Below are positions 1 through 9,145 of a stretch of DNA of 64,000 bases, one piece after another (within the stretch, counting starts at the first letter, position 1; each line of letters opens with the position of its first letter). Made by a program: the position numbers and the translations under genes. Origin of the DNA: Clostridiales bacterium (GTDB lineage: Bacteria; Bacillota; Clostridia; Christensenellales; Borkfalkiaceae); NCBI GenBank assembly GCA_022781715.1, contig JALETB010000094.1, positions 11,339 to 75,338 of the forward strand, read 5' to 3'. The notes below the pieces were generated by a model that was given only the letters and a program-made list of their open reading frames with translations, was not told the origin of the DNA and did no database searches.

Positions 1-739
1 ACCTTTCGAACCATCTCGAAAATCTCGGATCTTCTCTGCGTTTAAGAGGCGAAACCGTTTTATCGAGATCGATAATGTGAATGTTCAGAACTTTCGAAGG
101 TCGCTTAGAAAGAACGACTATTCTGTCGGCGGTGGAGAGCGCTTCCGAGATATCGTGCGTCACTAAAAGCGTAGTTTTCTTTTCTTTTTTTATTATATCG
201 TAAAGGTCGTCGCACACGGTGAGCCTCGTCTGATAATCGAGTGCGGAAAACGGTTCGTCTAAAAGCAGTAAATCGGGCGACGAAGCCATCGTGCGGATGA
301 GTGCCGCTCTTTGACGCATGCCGCCCGACAATTGCGACGGGAATTTTTTTCTGAATTCCCACAATCCGTATTTTTTCAGCAAAACGTCGACTTTCCGTTT
401 TTCCGTTTCGTTTTTTATTTTCTTCACTTCGAGCGGAAGATACGCGTTTTGTTCGATCGTTCTCCAGGGGAACAATTCGTCTTTTTGCAACATATATCCG
501 ATCGAGTTTTTGCCTTTTTTTATCTCTTCGCCATAAAGCGTAACCTTGCCGCCGCTCGGTTTCAAAAGCCCCGCGATAATGGAAAGCACGCTCGTTTTTC
601 CGCAGCCGGAGGGTCCGATTATGGCTACGAATTCTCCGTTTCCGACGCCGAATGATACGGAGTCGAGAGCGCGAATCTCGTCCGTGTCGGTCTGATAGGC
701 GAGAGAAACGTTTTTCAAATTAAGTATTTCGTTCATCAT
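1..739 (-). CDS. ABC transporter ATP-binding protein, NitT/TauT (SsuB/TauB-like) family; 3' end runs off the window
   Basis: My own minus-strand translation from ATG at 739 reads MMNEILNLKNVSLAY... It has Walker A GPSGCGKS (about 590-620), signature LSGGMRQR (about 311-335), Walker B LLLLDEPFSALD and VTHD. It is absent from the ORF track because no stop codon lies inside the window. Confidence 0.85.
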   Translation of the reverse strand, partial: MMNEILNLKNVSLAYQTDTDEIRALDSVSFGVGNGEFVAIIGPSGCGKTSVLSIIAGLLKPSGGKVTLYGEEIKKGKNSIGYMLQKDELFPWRTIEQNAYLPLEVKKIKNETEKRKVDVLLKKYGLWEFRKKFPSQLSGGMRQRAALIRTMASSPDLLLLDEPFSALDYQTRLTVCDDLYDIIKKEKKTTLLVTHDISEALSTADRIVVLSKRPSKVLNIHIIDLDKTVSPLKRREDPRFSRWFER

Positions 740-826
740 TTGCGTTTTCCTTATTCCGTATTTCAGCCGCGATACCGTTTTGATTTTTCGGTATTACCGG
801 TTTTTACCATGGTATTTCCGCAATTT

Positions 827-1831
827 TCAGCCGTATATTTTTCCGTAAACTTTTTCGGCGATATCATTGTAAGCGATCGCTCCGTATTCGGCGCGTTCGT
901 CGAGTTCGCCGGCGTTTTCCATAACGTTCTGAAGATTGTTGAAAGCGGTTTCGGTCATGCTCATGTTTTTCGTCCAGGCATCGATGGAAAGATAACTTTC
1001 GAGAGAGTCCTTAACGGACGACAAGGCTGTTCCGGGGAACTGTTTCAGTATGCTTTCCGCAACGACGGCTTTATCGGTTTCGTCGAGATATTTAATCGCT
1101 TTTTGAAGCGCTGTAAGAAATTTTTCGATCAGTTCGCCGTTTTTCTCGATATAACTCTTTGACGCCATAAAAGCGGTGTATGGTATCTCACCGCTTTCTT
1201 TGCCGACCGACGCGACGATATAACCTTTTCCCGCTTTCGCATATTCGCTTGCAAGCGGTTCGAAAAGAGTGGTGTAATCGCCCGTTCCGCCCTCGAAAGA
1301 CGGACCCATGAGATTGAACGCCACGTCGTTGTTAAGCGTTATGTTTTCGCCGTTTTTAAGTCCGTGTTTGTTCACGACGTATTCGAACGTCATCGCGGGG
1401 ACGCCGCCCGTCCTTCCGGCAAGCACTGTCTTGTTTTCAAGGTCTTCCCATTTAAAATCGGGTTCGTATTTTCTCGAAACGAGGAACGACCCGTCGCGTT
1501 TGGTCAGTTGCCCGAAAACTTTCGGATAGTCGGTTTTTCCTTCCTTATAAACGTAAATAGCCGCTTCAACGCCCATAAGTCCTATGTCTGCGTTTCCGGA
1601 AAGCAGCGCGGTCATCGATTTATCCGCTCCGCCGCCGTTGGTCAGTTCGATTTTCAATCCTTCTTTTTCAAAAAATCCGTTTTCCACGGCAATGTAAAGC
1701 GGCGCGTAAAAAATAGAATGCGTAACTTCGTTAACGCGCAGTTTCACAAGTTCATCTTTTTTTTCGCCGCATCCCGCAAGGGAAAAGAGCAGACAGCAGA
1801 CGGTAAGGAAAATCGCTGTAATTTTTTTCAT
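827..1831 (-). CDS. ABC transporter substrate-binding lipoprotein, NMT1/THI5-like (SsuA/ThiY-type)
   Basis: 334-aa ORF with a lipoprotein signal MKKITAIFLTVCCLLFSLAGC (lipobox LAGC). Its stop lies 87 nt upstream of the SsuB-like ATPase start on the same strand. An AAAGGAG RBS precedes the ATG. Confidence 0.8.
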   Translation of the reverse strand: MKKITAIFLTVCCLLFSLAGCGEKKDELVKLRVNEVTHSIFYAPLYIAVENGFFEKEGLKIELTNGGGADKSMTALLSGNADIGLMGVEAAIYVYKEGKTDYPKVFGQLTKRDGSFLVSRKYEPDFKWEDLENKTVLAGRTGGVPAMTFEYVVNKHGLKNGENITLNNDVAFNLMGPSFEGGTGDYTTLFEPLASEYAKAGKGYIVASVGKESGEIPYTAFMASKSYIEKNGELIEKFLTALQKAIKYLDETDKAVVAESILKQFPGTALSSVKDSLESYLSIDAWTKNMSMTETAFNNLQNVMENAGELDERAEYGAIAYNDIAEKVYGKIYG

Positions 1832-1935
1832 ATTTTATCTCCTTTAGCCAAAGTCCGGAGGGTCACGATACAACAAAATCGCATGCGACATAGCGGCGCA
1901 GAGACGGAAATCGTGACAAATACTTTGGTTAATAT
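1832..1935 (-). promoter_or_regulatory. Structured 5' leader of the binding-protein gene (riboswitch-like, class unknown)
   Basis: On the minus strand there are two nested helices. P1 is CCAAAGU (plus 1922-1928) pairing with ACUUUGG (plus 1848-1854). P2 is GUCACGAU (plus 1910-1917) pairing with AUCGUGAC (plus 1862-1869). They enclose about 40 nt. A CCCUCCGG internal-loop segment (plus 1855-1862) is complementary to the SD AAAGGAG (plus 1839-1845). Confidence 0.3.
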
Positions 1936-1965
1936 ATCATATGCGACTGTTCTTTTAATTGACAA
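1936..1965 (-). promoter_or_regulatory. Putative sigma-A promoter for the ABC binding-protein operon
   Basis: Minus strand reads TTGTCA (plus 1960-1965), 18 nt spacer, TATGAT (plus 1936-1941). The predicted start falls at the 5' end of helix P1. Confidence 0.45.
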
Positions 1966-1987
1966 AGATTGTATTTTATATTATAAT
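1959..1987 (+). promoter_or_regulatory. Sigma-A promoter of valS
   Basis: Perfect TTGACA (1959-1964), 17-nt spacer, perfect TATAAT (1982-1987), about 32 nt upstream of the valS ATG. This leaves no room for a T-box leader. Confidence 0.6.
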
Positions 1988-2019
1988 AAATTAGTTATAA
2001 CTTTTTCGGAGAGAAAATC

Positions 2020-4653
2020 ATGGAGATGAACAAAACTTATAATCCTTTGGATTTCGAGGAGAGAATATACAAGGAGTGGGTTGAAAAGGGGTATTTTACC
2101 GCTAAGCCCAACAGAGAGAAAATCCCTTTCACGATTGTTATGCCGCCGCCGAACATCACCGGTCAACTGCATATCGGTCACGCTCTCGACGAGTCCATTC
2201 AGGACAGTATCATTCGTTTCAAGAGAATGCAGGGTTACGAGGCTTTATGGCTTCCCGGAACGGATCACGCGTCTATCGCAACCGAAGTTAAAATAGTCGA
2301 TCAGATGAAAGCCGAAGGACTTACCAAAGAGGATGTCGGCAGAGAAGGATTTCTCGAAAGAGCCTGGGCATGGAAAAACAAATACGGCGGAAGAATAGTC
2401 GAGCAACTTAAAAGGCTCGGCTCTTCGTGCGACTGGTCGAAACTCGCTTTCACTATGGACGACAGATGTTCGAGAGCGGTTAAGGAAGTTTTCGTAAATC
2501 TTTACGACAAAGGTTTGATTTATCAGGGAAAGAGAATAATTAACTGGTGTCCTCGTTGCAGGACCGCGCTTTCGGACGCGGAAGTGGAATACGTCGAGGA
2601 ACCGTCTTTCTTCTGGCATCTCAGATATTATCTTAAGGACAGCGACAGATATCTTGTTGTCGCCACGACACGCCCGGAAACAATGTTCGGCGACACTGCG
2701 GTAGCCGTTAACCCCAAAGACCCGAGATATAAGGATATCGTCGGCAAAACGCTCATTCTGCCTATCGTCGGCAGAGAAATTCCGGTCATCGCGGACGATT
2801 ACGTAGACGTTGAATTCGGAACCGGCGCGGTAAAAATTACGCCCGCTCATGATCCGAACGATTTCGAAGTGGGGCTTCGTCACAATCTTCCCGTTATCCG
2901 CGTTATGGACGACGGCGCGATTATGAATGAAAACGCCGGAAAATATGCGGGAATGAGCCGTTACGAATGCAGAGAAGCGGTGGTTAAAGAATTGCAGGTT
3001 CTCGGTAATCTTGAGAAAATCGAGCCGCATGCGCACAACGTCGGGCATTGCTATCGTTGTCACGACACGGTCGAGCCTATCGTTTCCAAACAGTGGTTCG
3101 TCAAAATGGAACCCCTCGCAAAACCGGCTATCTCCGCGGTCAGAAAAAAGAGCATAAAATTCACTCCGCCGAGATTTACGAAGATTTACTATAACTGGAT
3201 GGAAAACATCAAGGATTGGTGTATTTCCCGTCAACTCTGGTGGGGACACAGAATCCCGGCTTATTATTGCGACGAGTGCGGCGAAACCGTAGTCGCAAAA
3301 GAAGAGCCGACGGTCTGTCCGAAGTGCGGAGGAAAGAAATTTCATCAGGACGAGGACGTTCTCGACACCTGGTTCAGTTCCGCGCTCTGGCCGTTCTCCA
3401 CGCTCGGTTATCCCGAAAAAACGGAAGAACTCGAATATTTCTATCCCACGGACGTTCTCGTCACCGCTTATGACATAATTTTCGTCTGGGTTGCGAGAAT
3501 GATATTCAGCGGAATAGAGCATATGGACAGAATTCCGTTCAAGGACGTTCTTATTCACGGAATAGTCAGAGATTCTCAGGGCAGAAAGATGAGTAAGTCG
3601 CTCGGCAACGGCGTCGACCCGCTCGAAATCATCGATAAATACGGCGCGGATACGCTCAGATATTGTCTGCTTAACGGTATTTCCGCCGGTAACGATATCA
3701 GATATTCCGCGGAAAAACTCGAAGGGTGCAGAAACTTCATCAACAAGATATGGAACGCTTCGCGTTTCGTTCTGATGAACTGCGAAGGCAGAAATATCAA
3801 AAACGAACTTGCGGACATCAAACTTACGCCGGTCGACAAATGGATCGTTTCCAAACTCAATTCGGTTGTTAAGGACGTCACCGTAAATATGGAGAAGTAC
3901 GAGATCGGTCTTGCCTGCGCCGCGTTGCAGGATTTCGTCTGGTCGGATTTCTGCGACTGGTATATCGAACTTTGCAAGCCTGTTTTATACGGCGAGGATA
4001 ACGAAAAGAAGGATAACGCCGTGAGTGCGCTTTGTTATGTTCTCAAAAACATGCTCAAACTCCTTCATCCGTTTATTCCGTTCGTAACAGAAGAAATTTA
4101 CGACCATATTCCCGGAACCGCGGGCAGCATTATGGTTTCGGATTTCCCGAAATATAATTCCAAACTCGCTTACAGAAAGGAAAGAGCGGCTACGGAAAAA
4201 ATTATGGACGTAATAAAGTCCATAAGAAACATCAAGGCGGAAACGGGCGCGGCGCCGTCGGCGAAAGTCGATATTTACGTCGTAACCGCGAATAAACGCC
4301 TTATCGAAAACAGCGCGTCTTACATTCGTAAACTCGCCAACGTCGGAGATATCAAATACGTCGTGAATAAAGAAGCGATAAACGAAAAAGTCATCTCCAA
4401 AATTCTCGACGGTGCGGAAATATACGTTCCGCTCGGCGAACTTGTCGACTACGATAAAGAACTTGCAAGGCTCAAAGGCGAACTCGAAAAGACGGAAAAC
4501 GAAATCGTAAGAGCGCAGGGAAAACTCTCCAACCAGGGATTCGTCGCAAAAGCGCCGAAGGCTCTCATCGACGCCGAAAAAGCAAAATTAACAAAATTTA
4601 CGGAAATAAAAGAAAAGATAGTCAAGAGTATCGAAGAACTCGAAAGTCGGTAA
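2020..4653 (+). CDS. valS: Valine--tRNA ligase
   Basis: 877 aa with HIGH motif PPPNITGQLHIGHAL, KMSKS motif RKMSKSLGN and a C-terminal coiled-coil tail. GGAGAG RBS lies 7 nt upstream. Confidence 0.97.
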   Translation: MEMNKTYNPLDFEERIYKEWVEKGYFTAKPNREKIPFTIVMPPPNITGQLHIGHALDESIQDSIIRFKRMQGYEALWLPGTDHASIATEVKIVDQMKAEGLTKEDVGREGFLERAWAWKNKYGGRIVEQLKRLGSSCDWSKLAFTMDDRCSRAVKEVFVNLYDKGLIYQGKRIINWCPRCRTALSDAEVEYVEEPSFFWHLRYYLKDSDRYLVVATTRPETMFGDTAVAVNPKDPRYKDIVGKTLILPIVGREIPVIADDYVDVEFGTGAVKITPAHDPNDFEVGLRHNLPVIRVMDDGAIMNENAGKYAGMSRYECREAVVKELQVLGNLEKIEPHAHNVGHCYRCHDTVEPIVSKQWFVKMEPLAKPAISAVRKKSIKFTPPRFTKIYYNWMENIKDWCISRQLWWGHRIPAYYCDECGETVVAKEEPTVCPKCGGKKFHQDEDVLDTWFSSALWPFSTLGYPEKTEELEYFYPTDVLVTAYDIIFVWVARMIFSGIEHMDRIPFKDVLIHGIVRDSQGRKMSKSLGNGVDPLEIIDKYGADTLRYCLLNGISAGNDIRYSAEKLEGCRNFINKIWNASRFVLMNCEGRNIKNELADIKLTPVDKWIVSKLNSVVKDVTVNMEKYEIGLACAALQDFVWSDFCDWYIELCKPVLYGEDNEKKDNAVSALCYVLKNMLKLLHPFIPFVTEEIYDHIPGTAGSIMVSDFPKYNSKLAYRKERAATEKIMDVIKSIRNIKAETGAAPSAKVDIYVVTANKRLIENSASYIRKLANVGDIKYVVNKEAINEKVISKILDGAEIYVPLGELVDYDKELARLKGELEKTENEIVRAQGKLSNQGFVAKAPKALIDAEKAKLTKFTEIKEKIVKSIEELESR

Positions 4654-4721
4654 TCTTCTTGCCCGGACAATAAAATCGTTCGGGCGTCTTTTCGCGTTTC
4701 CGACAAAACGGAGTATAAAAA

Positions 4722-6374
4722 TTGAACAATAAAAAATCATTAAAAGTCAGATTTTTGGGCGGAGTAGGCGAAATCGGCAAAAATATGACCGCTCTGGAAT
4801 ACGGTAAGGACATAATCATAATCGATGCCGGTCTTACTTTTCCTAACGCGGACATGCCGGGTATCGACCTGCTTATTCCCGATATTTCTTATCTCGTCCA
4901 GAACAAGGACAGAATAAGAGGTATAGTTTTAACACACGGTCACGAAGACCATATAGGCGGTCTGCCTTACGTTTTAAAGGAAATCAACGTTCCCGTTTAC
5001 GGAACGAAACTCACTCTTATGCTTTGCGAGCATAAACTCATCGAGCAAAGAGTTCAGAACTATTCGCTTAATTGCGTCAAACCGTCCGGAGTGGTAAAAC
5101 TCGGTTGTTTCTCGGTGGAATTCGTCCACGTCAACCATTCTATCCCGGGCAGTTGCGCTCTCGCGATAACCACGCCCGTCGGCATAGTTTACCATTCGGG
5201 CGATTTCAAAATCGATCTCACGCCGATAAACGGAGAAATGATCGATATCCCGAGAATTTCGGAAATAGGTAAGAAGGGCGTAACGCTCCTTCTTTGCGAA
5301 TCCACGAACGTTGAGCAGGAAGGTTATACCATGAGCGAACACGTCGTAGGCGAAACTCTCGACAGACTTTTTGCCGACAACGCGAAAAGAAGGCTCATTG
5401 TGGCAACCTTCGCGACGAATGTTCACAGATTGCAGCAAATAATCAATCTTGCCGAGAAACATAAAAGAAAAATCGCTTTTTCTGGCAGAAGTATGCTTAA
5501 CGTCGTCGACGCGGCAACGAGGGTAAATGAAATTTCTATTCCCGAAAACCTTGTCGTTGACATTGAAAAAATTAAAAACTATGCCGATAAAGACCTTGTT
5601 ATAGTTTCCACGGGCAGTCAGGGCGAGCCGATGAGCGCGCTCACGAGAATGGCTGCGGGCGACTACAATCAGGTACAGGTCGGCAACAACGATACGATTA
5701 TCATTTCCGCTTCGCCAATTCCGGGCAACGAGAGGAGCATTTATCAGGTAATCAACAATCTTTACCGTAAAGGCGCGGAAGTCGTTTATAAATCTATAAC
5801 CAAAATTCACGTTTCGGGGCATGCTTGTCAGGAAGAGTTGAAAACGCTTCACACTCTTTTAAAACCGAAGTTTTTCATTCCCGTTCACGGCGAATACAGA
5901 CATCTGAAAAAGCATTGCCGTCTTGCAAAAGAAATAGGAATGAAAGACGGGAATATGCTTATCGCAGATATCGGAGATACGATTGAAATCACGCCGAAGA
6001 GTATGAAGCGAGGCGACAGATTCCAGTCCGGCACGAGATATATCGACGGACTTTCGATTGACGACAGCGAAAACGTCGTTAAGGACAGAAAACACCTTGC
6101 GGAGGACGGCTTGATTATTGCCGTTTGCTGCGTTTCCGAAGATACCGGAGAAATTATTCAGGGACCGGACATAATCAACAAGGGTTCGATTCTTTCCGAC
6201 GCGCAGGTTGCCGAGGCGAAAAACATTGTTATAAAAACGGTGAATTCGTTCGACGTAAAATCCGTCGGGGATATGAGCGAAATAAGAAACACGATCAGGA
6301 AGAACCTCAGGAATTACGTTATTAAAAAGACTAAGAAAAGCCCGATGATTATTCCTGTTTTAACCGAAGTATAA
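4722..6374 (+). CDS. rnj: Ribonuclease J (metallo-beta-lactamase/beta-CASP)
   Basis: 550 aa with motif THGHEDHIGG and the typical N-terminus LKVRFLGGVGEIGKNMT. TTG start with a GGAG RBS 8 nt upstream. Confidence 0.93.
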   Translation: MNNKKSLKVRFLGGVGEIGKNMTALEYGKDIIIIDAGLTFPNADMPGIDLLIPDISYLVQNKDRIRGIVLTHGHEDHIGGLPYVLKEINVPVYGTKLTLMLCEHKLIEQRVQNYSLNCVKPSGVVKLGCFSVEFVHVNHSIPGSCALAITTPVGIVYHSGDFKIDLTPINGEMIDIPRISEIGKKGVTLLLCESTNVEQEGYTMSEHVVGETLDRLFADNAKRRLIVATFATNVHRLQQIINLAEKHKRKIAFSGRSMLNVVDAATRVNEISIPENLVVDIEKIKNYADKDLVIVSTGSQGEPMSALTRMAAGDYNQVQVGNNDTIIISASPIPGNERSIYQVINNLYRKGAEVVYKSITKIHVSGHACQEELKTLHTLLKPKFFIPVHGEYRHLKKHCRLAKEIGMKDGNMLIADIGDTIEITPKSMKRGDRFQSGTRYIDGLSIDDSENVVKDRKHLAEDGLIIAVCCVSEDTGEIIQGPDIINKGSILSDAQVAEAKNIVIKTVNSFDVKSVGDMSEIRNTIRKNLRNYVIKKTKKSPMIIPVLTEV

Positions 6375-7006
6375 TGCACGAATACGTAAAGTCGCTTGCG
6401 ATAAAGAGCGCGGATAACTCTGTGCCGGAAGACCTTATCGCTTTGAGAAACGATTATAGAAGCAGAGGAATCGCGACTATTCTTACCGAAAGCCTTAACA
6501 GCCTTATTCTCATTGCGAAACTCGTCAAGCCGAAGAAGATTCTCGAATTCGGAACTTCGGTCGGCTGTTCCGGGATAGCACTTCTGAACGCTTGCCCGGA
6601 GGCGACCCTGTATACTATCGAAAAGTATCGTCCGGCGGAAGACGAAGCGATGAAAAACTTTAAAAAATTTCAGGTGGATTCACGAGTTTTTACGTTTTTC
6701 GGCGAAGCGACGGAAGTCGTGGACGAAGTCGGCGACGGGTTTGATTTTGTTTTTCTCGATTGCAATAAATCGAAATATAAAGACCTTCTCCCGAAGATAA
6801 AAGAGAAAATGGTGAGCGGCGGAGTTCTGTTTGCGGACAACGTTCTGTTCCGCGGTTATATAACGGGTGAAGTCAAAACGCCGCACAGACACAACACGAT
6901 AAGAAATAATATGCGCAGTTTTCTCGAAACGATTTCTGCGGATAAGGATTTTATAACCGCCGTTTCCGACACCGGCGACGGTATCAGCATATCATACAAA
7001 AAATAA
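6374..7006 (+). CDS. Class I SAM-dependent O-methyltransferase (YrrM/TrmR-like)
   Basis: 210 aa with SAM-binding block ILEFGTSVGCSG and acidic FVFLDCNK. TAATG overlap with rnj. Directly followed by a U32 gene, as in the Bacillus yrrM-yrrN-yrrO arrangement. Confidence 0.8.
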   Translation: MHEYVKSLAIKSADNSVPEDLIALRNDYRSRGIATILTESLNSLILIAKLVKPKKILEFGTSVGCSGIALLNACPEATLYTIEKYRPAEDEAMKNFKKFQVDSRVFTFFGEATEVVDEVGDGFDFVFLDCNKSKYKDLLPKIKEKMVSGGVLFADNVLFRGYITGEVKTPHRHNTIRNNMRSFLETISADKDFITAVSDTGDGISISYKK

Positions 7007-7016
7007 TTGTCAGGAC

Positions 7017-8231
7017 ATGAAAAAATTGGAACTGCTTGCTCCCGCGGGTAATTTTTCAAAACTTAAAACGGCGGTTTATTACGGCGCGGACGCCGTGTAT
7101 CTCGGAGGAAAGAGTTTTTCGCTCCGCGCTTTTTCCGATAATTTTTCGGACGAAGAAATTGCGGAAGCGGTTAGATTCGCTCATGGAAAAAACGTCAAAA
7201 TTTACGTTACCGTCAATATTTTTGCAAGAAATTCCGATTTTGATAAAGCGGCGGATTATTTTCGTTTTCTAAAAAAGGCGGGCGTGGACGCCGTCCTTAT
7301 AACCGATGTCGGATTGATTTCGTTATGCAAACAGGTTGCGCCCGGTTTGAAAATTCATCTGTCGACTCAGGCAAACACGCTTAATAAACACGCCGTCAAA
7401 TTCTGGGGCGATCTCGGGCTTGAAAGGGTCGTTCTCGCAAGGGAATTGTCGCTTGCCGACATTAAAGAAATATCCGATTATTGCCCGGAAACGCAACTCG
7501 AAGCGTTCGTTCACGGCGCGATGTGCATTTCGTATAGCGGCAGATGCCTTTTGTCGAATTATTTCAACGGCAGAGATGCCAACCGCGGCGAATGCGTACA
7601 GGCGTGCCGCTGGCAGTACGAACTCAGAGAAAAGTCCAAAGGCGGTGAGTTTTTCGGGATAGAAGAGGACGAAAGAGGCTCTTATATTCTCAACAGCAAA
7701 GACCTGAACATGATCGACCATATCGACGAAATGGCCGGCGCCGGCGTATGCTCGCTGAAAATCGAGGGAAGAATGAAGAGCGAATATTACCTTGCCACGG
7801 TGATAAACGCTTATAGAAGGGCGATAGACAGTTTCTATAAAATCGGCGATAAATACAAAGAAAATCGAATGTTTTACGACGAACTTCTCAAGACGAATCA
7901 CCGTGTTTTCACCACTGCGTATATGCTTGGCGGCAACATTGAGACGGTTAATTATTCCGATTCGCAATCTGCGGGCGAAAAACAGTTCGTTGCGAACGTT
8001 ATCGAGGGTACGAACGAAAAAGGGTATTTCGTTGCGGAAATGCGCAATCGTTTCAAAAGGGGCGATAAACTCGAATTGCTCACGCCGAACGATAATTTCA
8101 ACGCCGCGATAATCGTCGGAAAAATGACCGACGAAGATGGAAACGAAATCGACGACGCCAAGTTGGTTCAACAAAAACTGAGAATTTATTCCGATGTAAA
8201 AGTTTCGGAAGGGGATATTTTGCGCAAGTGA
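7017..8231 (+). CDS. Peptidase U32 family protein (YrrN/YrrO, TrhP-like tRNA hydroxylation factor)
   Basis: 404 aa with the U32 signature EAFVHGAMCISYSGRCLLS. Confidence 0.88.
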   Translation: MKKLELLAPAGNFSKLKTAVYYGADAVYLGGKSFSLRAFSDNFSDEEIAEAVRFAHGKNVKIYVTVNIFARNSDFDKAADYFRFLKKAGVDAVLITDVGLISLCKQVAPGLKIHLSTQANTLNKHAVKFWGDLGLERVVLARELSLADIKEISDYCPETQLEAFVHGAMCISYSGRCLLSNYFNGRDANRGECVQACRWQYELREKSKGGEFFGIEEDERGSYILNSKDLNMIDHIDEMAGAGVCSLKIEGRMKSEYYLATVINAYRRAIDSFYKIGDKYKENRMFYDELLKTNHRVFTTAYMLGGNIETVNYSDSQSAGEKQFVANVIEGTNEKGYFVAEMRNRFKRGDKLELLTPNDNFNAAIIVGKMTDEDGNEIDDAKLVQQKLRIYSDVKVSEGDILRK

Positions 8232-8334
8232 GTTTTATCCGGTTTATTCGTCCGAATATTTATTGAAATCCAAACGACAAAAAATCTCATAATATTTTTA
8301 ATTTCGACATAGATTTATCCTGAGGGGTAAGTCT

Positions 8335-9036
8335 ATGTTTTTTGATTTTCTTGATTTTATAATTTCCAAACTTATTTTTTTCTGCTCGGGCGTCGGAGGC
8401 GACAGTTTTCCGAAACCGTTATCGCCCGAAGACGAAGCTAAATATCTCGCCGCATTCCGTGAAAATGGAGATAAAAAATCAAGAGATATCCTGATAAAAC
8501 ATAATTTAAGGCTCGTGGCGCACATAGCGAAAAAATATCAGGGCGCGGAGGACGCCGACGATCTCATTTCGGTCGGATCGATAGGGCTTATAAAGGCGAT
8601 AAACACGTTCGACCCGTCGAAAGGGACCCAACTGGCAACTTATACCGCAAGGTGTATCGAGAATGAAATTCTTATGCTTCTGCGCTCGAATAAAAAGTAC
8701 AAAAACAACGTTTCCATATACGATTCCGTAGGCGTGGATAAAGACGGAAACGAACTGACGATTCTCGATCTTATCGCCGAGAAAGAAGACGGCGTTCTTG
8801 CAAAAGTTGAAAATAAATTAATCAAAGACAAATTCATTGAAGTAATGGAAAAATGCCTGTTGCCGAGGGAATATAAAATTATTTGTCTCAGATACGGTTT
8901 AAAAGGCGGCAGACCGTTAACTCAGAGAGAAACGGCGAAACTTCTCAAAATTTCGAGGTCATATATTTCGAGAATAGAGAAGCGGTCGGTCGAAAAAATA
9001 AAAGAAACGGTAAAAAAAGAGAAAATCGAGGTCTGA
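8335..9036 (+). CDS. sigK: Sporulation sigma factor, pro-sigma-K type
   Basis: 233 aa. A hydrophobic pro-sequence is followed by SFPKPLSPEDE. HNLRLVAHIAKK, DLISVGSIGLIKA, ARCIENEILM and ISRSYISRIEKR match sigma-K rather than sigma-E (which has RNLRLVVYIARK). The ORF is uninterrupted. Confidence 0.8.
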   Translation: MFFDFLDFIISKLIFFCSGVGGDSFPKPLSPEDEAKYLAAFRENGDKKSRDILIKHNLRLVAHIAKKYQGAEDADDLISVGSIGLIKAINTFDPSKGTQLATYTARCIENEILMLLRSNKKYKNNVSIYDSVGVDKDGNELTILDLIAEKEDGVLAKVENKLIKDKFIEVMEKCLLPREYKIICLRYGLKGGRPLTQRETAKLLKISRSYISRIEKRSVEKIKETVKKEKIEV

Positions 9037-9145
9037 TTGTTGCAAACCATTATAAAAATTGTTGTAAAACCCTTGCAAAAAAATATAAATTATTATATTA
9101 TAATAATTGAAATAATTCGGAGGGCGGGGCGACCTGCAACAGACA

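Noticed and set aside
1832-2019. T-box leader for valS, TPP riboswitch for the THI5-like binding protein, and an AAAGTCCGGAG string (1850-1860) reminiscent of RNase P RNA.
   Set aside because: The perfect valS promoter leaves only about 30 nt of leader, which is too short for a T-box. None of the conserved TPP riboswitch segments is present on the minus strand. The RNase P-like 11-mer is isolated in a 190-nt intergenic region, whereas RNase P RNA needs about 350-400 nt with many other conserved blocks.
2245-3558. Very long antisense ORFs opposite well-supported genes: 437 aa opposite valS here, and also 9098-10453, 19942-21354, 21662-23011, 24596-26347, 35512-36528, 52653-53372 and 57162-58211.
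   Set aside because: Each is fully embedded in a gene with unmistakable family motifs on the other strand. Their products are R/F/S/V-rich low-information sequences with no motifs or RBS. Stop-poor antisense frames are expected from the strong codon bias (GAA/AAA/GAC-rich sense codons). I treat them as shadow ORFs.
8232-9036. A sigma-E/K-type mother-cell promoter upstream of sigK, and possible interruption of sigK by a skin-like element.
   Set aside because: The only CATA-type -10 candidates (around 8290-8320) have wrong spacing to ATATT-like -35 elements, so I make no call. The sigK ORF is continuous through regions 2 to 4, so there is no intervening element.
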